A DNA stretch of 64,000 nt from Candidatus Poribacteria bacterium (GTDB lineage: Bacteria > Poribacteria > WGA-4E > WGA-3G). This document shows positions 19,394 to 30,800 of the stretch, piece after piece. Below the pieces are notes generated by a model that was not told where the DNA came from, made no database searches, and saw nothing but the letters and a program-made list of their open reading frames with translations. The DNA is taken from NCBI GenBank assembly GCA_963663765.2, contig CAXXUA010000015.1, positions 416,001 to 480,000 of the forward strand, given 5' to 3'. Position numbers and translations under genes: made by a program. Each line of letters begins with the position of its first letter. Position 1 is the stretch's first letter.

Positions 19394-20335
19394 ATGCACA
19401 ATCACGAAAATCATCACCATCATAACGAACCACATTCACATCATCATCAAACAGTATTGCAAAATAAGTTTAAAATTGCTGTTGTGGTGACATTTTGTAT
19501 TTTTGTCGGTGAAGTAATCGGTGGAATTTGGTCGGGCAGCCTTGCGTTGCTGAGTGATGCTGCTCATGTTTTTTCGGATGTACTCTCACTTATGATTAGT
19601 TGGTTCGCGATTTATTTATCAACACGTCCTGCGACGTCCTCTCGGACATTTGGTTATCATCGTACTGAAGTATTCGCTGCGTTACTGAACGGTATGACCC
19701 TCATCGGTGTCTCTTGCTGGATATTCTTCAAGGCTTATCACAGGTTCAATGCACCGGAACCGATTCAAGGTTATGGCATGCTTATTGTTGCGTGCCTTGG
19801 ATTTGCTGGGAACCTTTTTATACTTTGGAAACTACATGGTCATAGTCATGGCAACCTGAATGTCCGAAGTGCGGTACTTCATGTAGTTGGGGATACGTTG
19901 TCCTCAGTCGCTGTAATTTTCGGTGGATTGTTTATACTTTGGACAAGTTGGTATCCAATTGATGCACTCCTAAGTTTCCTAATCGGTGCGATAATTCTAA
20001 TCGGTGCGATCAACATTACAAGGGAAGCGGTACATATCTTGCTTGAGAATTCTCCGAAAAACACTGACGCAACTGTCGTTGCCAATCATATCACAGAATT
20101 AGAGACAGTCAAAGATGTTCATGATATGCATATATGGTCTCTATGTTCAAACTATAATGCATTAAGTGCTCATGTGGTAATTCACGAGAACAGTGTTCTT
20201 GCCCATGATCAAATACTCAAACAGATCAATTCCGAATTACAGAAGCATTTTGGCATTAGTCATACAACTCTTCAACTTGAGCATGTTGCATGTACCCATG
20301 CAGGTAATTTATTCTGCAATGCAAAACATACATAA
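19394..20335 (+). CDS. Cation diffusion facilitator (CzcD/ZitB-like) Zn/Co/Cd exporter
   Basis: His-rich N-terminus, SLALLSDAAH, HVVGD, VHDMHIW, HTTLQLE. Confidence 0.93.
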   Translation: MHNHENHHHHNEPHSHHHQTVLQNKFKIAVVVTFCIFVGEVIGGIWSGSLALLSDAAHVFSDVLSLMISWFAIYLSTRPATSSRTFGYHRTEVFAALLNGMTLIGVSCWIFFKAYHRFNAPEPIQGYGMLIVACLGFAGNLFILWKLHGHSHGNLNVRSAVLHVVGDTLSSVAVIFGGLFILWTSWYPIDALLSFLIGAIILIGAINITREAVHILLENSPKNTDATVVANHITELETVKDVHDMHIWSLCSNYNALSAHVVIHENSVLAHDQILKQINSELQKHFGISHTTLQLEHVACTHAGNLFCNAKHT

Positions 20336-20342
20336 CTTGTCT

Positions 20343-20921
20343 TTAACCGTGATCTTCCTTTATCCTGTGTGCTTTCCGTATTAAGGACGGATCCTTAGCA
20401 AATCTTTGGGTTGCTTGAACAAGACCATCCACATGTGAAACCATATCCTTTTCAACTTGTACAACACGTGTCATAAGATAGGGTTGATTGCTTTGCTGTA
20501 TTGCCTTTCTAATGACAGAGAGTAAGTACATATATACTGTATCCGCTTCACTACTTTCAATTGAGATGGCAATTTCAAATGCTTCATCTAATGTAATCCT
20601 TCCTCTTTGCAACTTTGCTTCATGTGCATCCAATCGGTCTGTGATCTGCTGAATGGAAATGTCAGGTATGAGTGGTATTGGTGAGTCTGTATTTTCAGTT
20701 TCATTGTTTGGGATTACAGCTTCCTTCCCAAATACATCAAAACACAAAGCACGTCCAAAATCAACAAGTATGTAGTGTTGCCATTCCTCAGTACTCATCC
20801 TCTCCCATAATTTTGCTATCCGTTCATCCACATCCCCTAAAGTTAATGAGAAGGAAGCATATAATCTGGCTTGTCTCAGTTCTATTTCTTTACATATTTC
20901 AAAGAGTTCTTCTAATGTCAA
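20343..20921 (-). CDS. Ferritin/rubrerythrin-like four-helix protein
   Basis: E..A.LY, EEWQH, ESSE..VY pattern; probable TTG start after an AAGGAG RBS. Confidence 0.6.
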   Translation of the reverse strand: MTLEELFEICKEIELRQARLYASFSLTLGDVDERIAKLWERMSTEEWQHYILVDFGRALCFDVFGKEAVIPNNETENTDSPIPLIPDISIQQITDRLDAHEAKLQRGRITLDEAFEIAISIESSEADTVYMYLLSVIRKAIQQSNQPYLMTRVVQVEKDMVSHVDGLVQATQRFAKDPSLIRKAHRIKEDHG

Positions 20922-20997
20922 TGTAACTCCTTCCTTTTTTAGTATCGTTAAAAAATAATAACTCATGTCAGTTGTTGCTGTTGTCAAAATCTCCATT

Positions 20998-22044
20998 CTA
21001 TCCATTCGCCATTTGAAGTGGCAAAGTAATCGCTGCGGCAGATGACATGCTACGTGAGACCGCTTCAGTAAATTCCATATATTTGACACCAGTGTCAAAA
21101 TCTGTATGTGTAATTGTCTCTTCACCACGGATAGCATTCACAAACTCTTCCTCAACCCTCCATCCACCTTCTTCATTCTTTGGGATTTCAATTTCCTTTA
21201 GTTTTTCATCGCTTCTTTGTCCACCAAATAGTCTATTTCCCGAAAATCGTAAAGTACCTTGACTACCGAAAAGAAACACTTCTGGTGCGCCTGCATGTCC
21301 TGTGATTGCAGAGATTTGCAAGTGCAATTGTGCTCCACAAACGAGTTCACCAACAACATCAATGTGTTCTGGTATGCGAACTGCACGTACCGTTCCGTTT
21401 TCGTCAGGACGCATTTTTACAAAAGTCTTCCCCATCGCCATCACACGTGTTGCTTCACCTACCCAACGCATCAATGCCTCATACCAGATACCCATGGACA
21501 TGATATTCATTCCACTAAAGTCATAGTTCTGTCGCCATTGAAGCGGTGCATCAGTGTCAATGAACGATCCCCCTGCTCTAACCTCAACAGCGAGTACATC
21601 TCCGATATATCCTTCAGCAATCAGCCGTTTGATGGTATTGTCAACCCGAAGTGTCATCGGTGAAGGGACAATCTGTGCAGCGAGTTTAGACTTTTGCCGT
21701 GCCATCATTCGCATTATATGTGCTTCTCGTGCGTTCATTGCCATCCTTGCTTCACACATCACATGTTTATTAACCATCAGCGCTGCAACTGTCGCACGAC
21801 AGTGCAAATAGGGCCAGGTACCAATCACAATAGCATTTGTTTCATTGTCACCGATTGCATCTTGCCAGTTGTCATAGATTTTAGAAATATTAAATTCGTC
21901 TGCGACGCGTTGGGAAGACTCTTGACTGCGATTACACACTCCGACAATCTCAACCCCTTCTATTGCTTGTAGTCCTGGAATGTGTCGTGACTTAGTGTTT
22001 CTACCTGCACCGATAATACCGACTCGGATTGTTTCTGATGCCAC
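20998..22044 (-). CDS. Gfo/Idh/MocA family oxidoreductase
   Basis: VGIIGAG, GTWPYLH, HVMCEARMA. Confidence 0.9.
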   Translation of the reverse strand: MASETIRVGIIGAGRNTKSRHIPGLQAIEGVEIVGVCNRSQESSQRVADEFNISKIYDNWQDAIGDNETNAIVIGTWPYLHCRATVAALMVNKHVMCEARMAMNAREAHIMRMMARQKSKLAAQIVPSPMTLRVDNTIKRLIAEGYIGDVLAVEVRAGGSFIDTDAPLQWRQNYDFSGMNIMSMGIWYEALMRWVGEATRVMAMGKTFVKMRPDENGTVRAVRIPEHIDVVGELVCGAQLHLQISAITGHAGAPEVFLFGSQGTLRFSGNRLFGGQRSDEKLKEIEIPKNEEGGWRVEEEFVNAIRGEETITHTDFDTGVKYMEFTEAVSRSMSSAAAITLPLQMANG

Positions 22045-22083
22045 TACTATGCTCCTTACCGTATGTTTGTTAGTTCTAATTTT

Positions 22084-22112
22084 AATCTATCAAGATAGTG
22101 AGTTCTTGTCAA
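22084..22112 (-). promoter_or_regulatory. Sigma70-type promoter
   Basis: TTGACA-17bp-TAGATT on the minus strand, upstream of 22044. Confidence 0.5.
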
Positions 22113-22199
22113 GTAGAAAAAATATAGGTGTGTAAAGTTTTTGACGGATAGAGTCACGGATTACGCGGATAAGAAGCTGCACGCCAGATGAAAATAAAC

Positions 22200-22670
22200 T
22201 TATTAATTCGGAAATTATTTTTTTCACCAACGATAGGCGGGGAATGCCATAAGGCATTCATACCGTTGATTTCTTGATTTGGTGCTTTGTAAGCGCGCCC
22301 CCGATTGTATGCGTTCTTTGTAAGCGCGCCATCCCCGCCCTCACCTGCAGGCATACCCCCACTGCAGGCGTGCTTTGTAAGCGCGCCATCCCCCCACTCA
22401 ACTGCAGGCACCCCCACTGCAGGCACCCCCACTGCAGGCACCCCCACTGCAGGCGTGCTTTGTAAGCGCGCCACCGATTGTAGGCGGGGAATGCCTAAAT
22501 GGCATTCATACCGTTGATTTGGTGCTTTGTAAGCGCGCCCCCGATTGTAGGCGTGCTTTGTAAGCGCGCCCCCAATGGTAGGCGTGCTTTGTAAGCGCGC
22601 TATTGGGACTTGATGTCCCAGCACGCCTACCAGGGTGGGTTAGATAGATCTCCTAATTAATTATTTTAAT
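22200..22670. repeat. REP array (gtaggcgtgctttgtaagcgcgc units) with 15-bp tandem ccccactgcaggca(c) and GAATGCC-hairpin insertions
   Basis: About seven tttgtaagcgcgc units; tandem 15-mers at about 22400-22455. Confidence 0.85.
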
Positions 22671-22872
22671 CTCCATACAGTTTGTGCTACAATAACTTGT
22701 GAAAAGGACATTATACTAAGAATAAACGGTATCTGCAGGTCTATAATCCTATAGGTAGCAACTTGCGTTATTATATGTGATTTCTTTTGGGTTTTGTAGT
22801 TTTTTGGGTGTCTGTTTATTCGCATTTCCAATAGTTAAGCAATAGATTTCCAATGGGTTTTGGTTTGTAGTT

Positions 22873-23829
22873 TGGGAATTAGTCGTTTTGGGATTAAAAA
22901 TCACACCAGAAATTTATTAAGATGAATTCTATAATAGATCAACAAGGGACTATTTCCCAACAGAAGTTATTCAGAAATATTCAGATCGCCTAAAAACTCT
23001 AAACGAGTGTATAGAAATCCTAACGTTTACTCTTGAATAGTATAGAACGCATGGAATAGAAGAAGGATACGCCACATTAAGGCATCAAATCTTATTTCAA
23101 AATTACTGTCTCTTGAAACTTACACTTTCATTGACAGACTTTCAATGATGTCTCGGTCGAAATCCTTCTGACGTTTCCCCTGATGTAAGTTTCATCAGGG
23201 GAAACGATTCCTTCAAGTAACGATGAATTTTTCGCCATTTCTACACGTATCTTCATCATAATACACCAGGTAGCACGTTGCTGCAAACCTAAATCGCGTG
23301 CAAGTTGGCAACTTGATAAACTTTTCTTTGCATTTGCCATCAGCACATTCGCCAAAAACCACAACTGCAGCGGTATCTTTGTGTCTTGAAAGATTGTGCC
23401 ACTGGTCACTTTGAACGATGCACCACAATCCCCGCAGTGATAGCGTCCAATGCGTCCTGTGCCGCTCTCATTTTTGCGTTTCAGGTGTTTACCTTCACAC
23501 TTCGGACATCTGGACACATTTCCCCAAGGTATCTCTTCAAGACGCTCAATACACGCCCCTTGATTAGGGAATCGTTCCATTATTTTAATCAAATCCATCA
23601 GATACTCCTATTGATTTAGGAGTTGTTTTTTTCTGATGAATTCTGATACAATAATCAGATAAGTTGAACATTAGAGAAAACAACTCTTTTTTCTAGTTCA
23701 TTTAGGGGTTTGACAACCCCCTAATACTTATCAATATTGTATCTTATATTGTAATTAAAACAAGCCATAAATTCACTCTATGTATAGGCTTATAGCAGTC
23801 TTATTGAATCCCAAAACGACTAATTCCCA
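22873..23829. mobile_element. Internally deleted IS1595-family element
   Basis: Perfect 23-bp inverted repeats tgggaattagtcgttttgggatt (22873-22895 and 23807-23829) enclosing a truncated transposase. Confidence 0.8.
23128..23598 (-). pseudogene. Truncated IS1595-family transposase
   Basis: Zn ribbon CPKC...CGDC, TIFQDTKIPL, SSCQLARDLG, DETY; stops after the first catalytic Asp. Confidence 0.85.
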
Positions 23830-24399
23830 TATAAAATATTATGCTTCAAATAACATCAATCAAAAGGAATGTCTTATGTAACACAAGTTTTAAAACAAAA
23901 AGGTATTTTGTGAATTGCGACCAAAAGATCGCTCTTAAGATAATCGTGGTGGGAGGTTGGAAAAGGCATGCTATTATCTTTTCTTGCGTAGTCTACGTCT
24001 TCTCACTTTACCCCGTTTAGGACGAGGTTGACACTGGTTCATTCATAAGTGTATCTGAATGTAACTGTATCTCTGTCATGTTCCCTGATTCGTCAATGTA
24101 ATGGTCTTGTAAACCTGCGGCAGCGAGGTTTTCCATTTAATCTATCAACTTGTCTTTAGACACTTCCATCATATTTTTTGATGTTACCGATAAAGTTATG
24201 TTCCGGTATTTTGAGTTCTTTTGATAAGAAAGAAATCTCTTTCTGGATACTCATTATGTTTACCTTTGTCGTGATAGCTCCCACAAAAGGGAAAAAATCA
24301 ATCAGAAATCAATGAATAAATTAACCATTTTCGGGTTGATATATTACACAAAATAGTATATAATAAAGATATATCTACTATGACTACATTTACACTTTC

Positions 24400-24805
24400 C
24401 GATAAGAAACAAAGATTATTGTCAGTTTTTGTTATCAAGTTTTACAAACTTTACACAAACCTATATGGCAGACCATACTGATAAGTGGAGTCACGATCAA
24501 CTCAATCGGTTTCTGAGCGTTAAAAGCATCCCCGCGAATGAACTTTGGAAATCGGTCAAAAACGACATTGAGTTTGATGATGGCTACATTAACCCTATGC
24601 GAAAGAGATTGAGACACACCGTTCTCAGTATGGCAAAACCAAAATAGACCATTTACTGGAAATGTTGCACAACGCTAACTCCAAAAAACAGCAATCGTTT
24701 CGGACGGTACTAACGGATACTTGGTATGCCTTCTTGCAAGTTATGAAAGCGATTGAAAAACTTTCTAAGATTTACTACGTGCCCTGAAATGAAATCGTCT
24801 TGTAT
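24400..24805 (+). pseudogene. IS701-family transposase remnant
   Basis: DYCQFLLSS.TNFTQTYMADH..SHDQLNRFL and, in another frame, TVLTDTWYA..VMKAIE.L.K.YY; frameshifts and stops. Confidence 0.7.
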
Positions 24806-24890
24806 CTGTAAAATGCGAAACAGGCATATAAAGACCGAAGAAATTATAGAAAATGTAAAATCGACCGTGGTTCGGTTCGGAGGATATTAA

Positions 24891-27800
24891 ATGTTCGGAC
24901 GAGAAAAAAGAATATTTGTGGTTTCTCTATTTTGTCTATTTGTTTTAACTCTCTATTTTACCCCAATTACCTTTGCACAAGATGTAACGAGCGATGAGCA
25001 AATCATTGAAAGATACAAGTTAATGTTGGTTCAAAAGCCAAAAGAAGGCAGCACATTTGACCGTGTTTACCAGTTTTACCTTGAAAATGCTGGGTTGGAG
25101 GCACTCGTCAGCGATTACCAAGCTGAAGTGCAAGCGAAACCGAAAGATGCTAATCTTCAACTTATCTTAGGGCATATATACAAACGCCTCGGCGAAGGGA
25201 CTGAAGCACTTGAAACGTATCAGCGCGCTGTTGAACTCGCACCCGATAAATATTACCCACATGTTGCGTTAGGAAAGATGTATGCTACGTTACGACAACA
25301 CGAGGCAGCAATCCAAGAGTTGACTAAGGCAACATCGTTGTCTGAACAAACACAGAATGTCCCACCTGAAGAATTAACAGCAATATATAAGGCACTTGGA
25401 AACGCCTATTTCAGTCGCGACAAAGTTGACCAAGCAATTCAAGCCTGGAAGCAGATATCAGAACTTGATCCGGACGACATTTTTGCGCGTATCGAACTCG
25501 CAGACCTATTCCGAGAACAGCAACTATTTGAACAGGCAATTGCTCAACATGAAGCGATCATTCAACTGAAAAAGGGTGAACCTTATCGTGTCTGTTTAAG
25601 CCGTAGGGAAATCGGTAATATCCACGAAGCGAAAGGTGATTTTGAGAAAGCGATCCAACATTATGACGAGGCACTCACGCTTACTGCGCCCGGTAACTGG
25701 CTACGTAAAGACCTACAACACCGCATCATCGGTATCTTTGCAGCTGATAGCAATTGGGAAGGACTAATTGAATACTATCAAGAGAAACTTGAAGCAACCC
25801 CAAATGAACCGGAACTTATCGGTTTATTGGCAGCTGCATACATTGAGAACCAACAACTTGAAGAAGGGATGAAAACTTATCGGAAAGGGTTAGAACTTGC
25901 ACCGACCAATTCAGCCCTGCGTCTTAACCTAATTGCTTCTCTTCGCAACGCAGAAAAATATGAGGAGGCAGCAGCGGAATACGAGGTACTCAGTGAACAG
26001 TCCCCTGATGATTTCGGAATCTACCGTGAACTCGGTGAGTTATACCTGCAAATTGGAAATCAAACTAAGGCTAAGGCTGTATATCAGAAAATGATTGAAC
26101 GGGACCCAAAAAACCCAAGTACACATCTCGTCCTTGCGGAGATTTACGCTGGACACGAATGGATTGAGGATGCTGTTGAGCAGTATGAAAAAGCGATTAC
26201 GCTTGCTCCAAAGAATCTTGATTTCATTGAGTATTTCGGTGATTTCTATTTCCGTCAAGGTGATCGTGAGAAAGCACTTGAAACTTGGAAGCGAATGGTT
26301 GCTGGAGAGTTGCACACTGCCCAGAATTATAACCAGTTAGCGGAACTATTCAATGCAAAGAAATTCAAGACTGAAGCAGTTGCTGCAACCCGCAAAGCGG
26401 TTGAGTTAATGCCGGATGAATACCGCTATCGTGAAGCATTGGCAAAACAGCTCATGGAGAACAATGAGTATGCGGATGCTCTTAAAGAATTCACGAAGGC
26501 AATGGAACTTGCTCCAAATGCGTTTTTCGCAGAAAAAATGGATGACAAGCGGATCGAACTCTTCCGTAGACAAGGGACACTCCTTGAAAAAATCGAAGAA
26601 TTGGAAACTAAACTTGAAAAAACAGGATTGGCTGAATCGGATGTATTCACATATCACAAGCAACTTGCCAAGATGTATCTTAAGTTAGGCAATGTTACTT
26701 ATGCACTTGAAGTACTTCTGAAAGCGAAAGAACAACGACCAGATGATATTGGTGTCAACCGTTGGCTTGCGGAAGTGTACTACAGACAAGGCAGGCGCGA
26801 TGATTCTAATGCTGTCTATATGTATCTGATTGAATTGGACAGCGCAAATGCTCGGGAATATCACGCAAACATTGCAAAGTCGTATCTAAATGTGATGGAC
26901 TTTGAGGCGGCGATAACTGCCGCAAAACAGGTCATTGCACACAGTCCGCGTAATCCCGAAGGACACCAATTGCTGGCACAAGTTGCGAAGCAATCCGGAG
27001 AATATGAGACCGCTATTGATAGTTTGAAACAAGCAGTGCGTTTGCGACCAGAAGCAATTGACATCCGCAGAGAATTGGCAGCGATTTATAAACTCTCAGG
27101 AAAACTGCAGCAATCCCTCTCCCAGTATTGGCGTTGTTGGGAATTGAGCGATAACATCAACGACAAACTTACTTTTGTCAAACCACTTTCTGAAGTCTAT
27201 TATGACCTTGGGAGACGCGGTGAATTTGAAGAAAGACTGAAGCAGATGGCGAAGTCAAGCACTGTTGGTATAAGCCCTGTTCTTGCTCTTGCCGAACTTC
27301 ACCGAATAGAGGGTGACCTGCCGAGTGCACGTTTCCAATTGGCACAAGCATTAAACAAGCAACGCGAAAATTCAGAACTATTGATACACCTTGTCCAGAT
27401 TAGCATGGAACTCGGTGACTTGCAAGACGCGCTGTCATATCAACAAAGACTGGTCAAAGTTGATCCGGATTATGCACATCAACGTAGACTTGGAGAGTTA
27501 CTGTTTGATGCTGGACGTGAACAGGAAGCGATTCAGGCATGGACTAAACTCCTCCATGCAAAAAACCAGACACTTGAAGCAGAAATTAAACTTGCTGGGT
27601 TGTTGCTGCGACACGGATTGTCTGAAGAGGCATTTATTGTGCTTGACCGCGCAGCTGAGAAAATCAGCGGTACTGATGCACATCTGCCGCTATATCGGTT
27701 AGGCGTGATGTTAGTGAGTATGAACGAACCGGAACGCGCACAGACATATTTCCACCGAATCCTTGAAATGTCCGAACCAATTGGGAAGACTTCAAATAAG

Positions 27801-30800
27801 AAGTCAGCACAACCTTCAATCTTTTATCACTCTTCCGTCCCTGGAATTGAACGTAACAAATTTAAGATATTACGCGGCAGCCTTGGGACTATTCAGAGCA
27901 GACCGAATTTTGCTGGTGCAAGTATGCCGTGGATGCCAAAAGATTTTGAGGAAGCACAATCCGGGGCACTTGTTCAATTGACAACAATCGCACAGAGCCA
28001 GGAGAAACTACCTGAACTCATCAAACATTTTGAAGACAAGACTGAAGCAAATCCTACGGATGTTAAGTCTATTGAAATCCTGGTGAAACTATATACTTTG
28101 GTTCAATTTGATGACAAAGCGAAGGCAGCTATTGGCAGATTAGTTGAAATTTCACCTAACGATTCTGCATACCAACCACTAAGATTGCATCGCACCATGG
28201 AAGAAAACCCTGATTATGAAACCTTGAAAAAATCACTCAAGGAAATGCCTGGGATAGATAACATATCACGACTTGCTTATATAGCAGAATATGCACAAAT
28301 ACTTTACCACAAGGACAAAAAAGAAGACGCAGCAAAGCTATTGAGTGAAATTGAAGATGTAACTGTGACCGATATTAACACAGGTTTTGAATTAATTGAC
28401 GCTTTTCGTCTAATTAAGAAGGTAGATATCGCAGAGCGGTTACTTACTAATTTACCTGTTCCTCCCCAAAAGCAACAATATCAATTTATGCGAAAGTTCG
28501 AAAGTCTCACAGATGATTACATTGAAAAAGACAAACTGGAGAAGGCAACTGCACTCTTCTGGACTTATTGTGAACGGACAAAACCCACAAAGATTAATCC
28601 ACGACGGGTGGCTGCACTGGCACAAGCATCCTATTCTTATGGTGGGTATAGACCGATTCAGACCAGTTATCCGGCTCCAACAGCATATTTCAATAGTGAT
28701 CGCTTAGGCTATCTACAATCTATCTTCCGAGATTTTTGGATGCGGGATCAACAGCAGTTGTTACTTACTAAATTTGAAACTGAATTTGAAACCACAGAAG
28801 GTAGAAATAAGATTTTCCCCGCTTTGGCTCTTAGTTATTGCTATTGGTGGGATGAAAAACGAGATGAAGCACAACAGGTCCTAACAGTCCTACAACAGGA
28901 ATTTCCTGATGATCTTACTCTGAAACTCAACACTGCTCTTGCTTCCATTCAGACAGGGAAGCATAAGGTAGCAACAGAGCTGCTTGAAAACCTTGTTGCA
29001 ACTGAACCCCGAAATCGGAAGCAATACCAAGACCTATTGCTGCAACTTGCCATTCATACAGGCGATACCATTGCTATACGTGAATTGATGTCAAAACTGT
29101 TGAGTTCACCAACAGGTGCAACAGAACTTTATCAATACTCACAGAAACTCCGGGACGCAGGTTTCACCCAGTATGCTATCGCTGCAGCGAAAAAAGCGAT
29201 GGCATTGGCGATGGTGCAACGTAACCCAAATTTCCTTATACAACTGGGACAACATCTGGGTAATCTCGGTAGAGGGCAGGATGCTTCACTTCTCGCTGAA
29301 CGCGCACTCCGTTTCGCAAGCCGACCAGACCGCCAAGGACGCATGATGTATTCCTGGAATTTTCAGCAAGCCACAAACCTCGCAAACCGATCAAATAGTA
29401 TAAAAGAACGGGAAAATAAGTTTATCGCGGATGCCGAGAAAAATCCTGATTCATTCCAAGCACAACTCAGATTAGCAATGTACTATGAGGGGACAAACAA
29501 GATTAGTAAAGCCGCGGAAGCGTTTAAGGCTGCACTGAAATTACAGCCTAAAGACGATATGGTGAGATTACGATATATCCAGATGATGGAACGAAATGGG
29601 AAGGCTGTTGATGTCATACCGGAATATCTCACACTTCTTAAAAACGACTCAAGTGCACTCGGATACAATTACGAAAAAGCAGTTGATGCTTTCGTTGCAG
29701 CAGAGAAATTTGATGCATTAATATCGCTCATGAAAGACATGATTGATCCTGTCGGAAAATACGCTGGCAGCGAATTAACCGCAATTGTCGGTCGACGGTG
29801 TCTCAAAGAAGAAAAGGTTGATGACGCAATTGAGATTTTCAAGAAGATTATCAAGGTTCATCCCAGTTGGTATTATATACATCAAGACTTAGCTAACGCA
29901 TACATTGCAGCAGGTGATATAGAAAAAGCAGTACAATACTTAACTGATATGCATGAACTTGAAAAAACATCATTAACGCAATCACAGTTTGTATTGAAAA
30001 TTGCAAAGTATTATGAAGAAGCAGATGAACGTGAAAAAGCAATCCAATATATACGTGAACAACTCGGTTCAGAGGATTCCTCTAATTCTGATATTGCTTA
30101 TGTATTGAAACTCGCAGAACTCTATCAAAAAGATGAAAAGTTGGATAGTTTTATTGCGGAATATGATGCAAAACTTGCAGATTCTCCTGAAGATACTCAG
30201 CTGCTATATCTTACTGCAACTTTAAAACTAAAGGCAGAAGATACTGAAGGCGCAAGCACTCATGTCAATCAGCTTATTGATACATCGTTGGAGACTATTC
30301 AAACACAATGGCTCTATAACCTTGCTCAAGCATCCGAAGAAGCCAGAAGTTATAAACTCCAATTTCACATACTGGAAGCAGCAGCTGAAAAACTTGAACG
30401 AGAGAACTCTTGGAAACTTGAAGCATGTTACAAGAAACTCGGAGAGGCTTATGCAAAGAGAGATGAGTTAGAAAAAGCTCAGAACGCATTTCGTAAGATG
30501 GGTGCTCTCCAGACAATGCAAGGCAATCAAAGAAGTGTATATGAGAAAAGAAATCTTGGCGCAACCTATATGAAACATAAAATGTGGGATGATGCTGAGG
30601 CTCTCTTTACAGAGATTGTCAACGACCTTGCAACCTCATCGTATGATCGTGATTATTCACAGGGTCGGGTGATGCAAATTAAGCAACAGCGCGGTGAATT
30701 CAATACATCGGAACAGATTACTGAAAACTTACAGGAAATGGGTGTAGGCATGCGGCGCGCTATGGCAAAAGAATTCGCTCAGCGGAATCAGATTGGCAAA

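Noticed and set aside
22154-22624. 156-aa ORF with PAVGV repeats (and the opposite-strand TAGTP ORFs)
   Set aside because: Translation of the REP/15-bp tandem array; no RBS or protein-like composition.
22230-22630. Possible CRISPR array (recurring ~23-bp repeat)
   Set aside because: Intervening sequences are short, mutually similar and irregular; the repeats are REP-like and dispersed across the window; no cas genes.
23870-24260. Possible small gene between the IS remnants
   Set aside because: Only short broken frames with no identifiable family.
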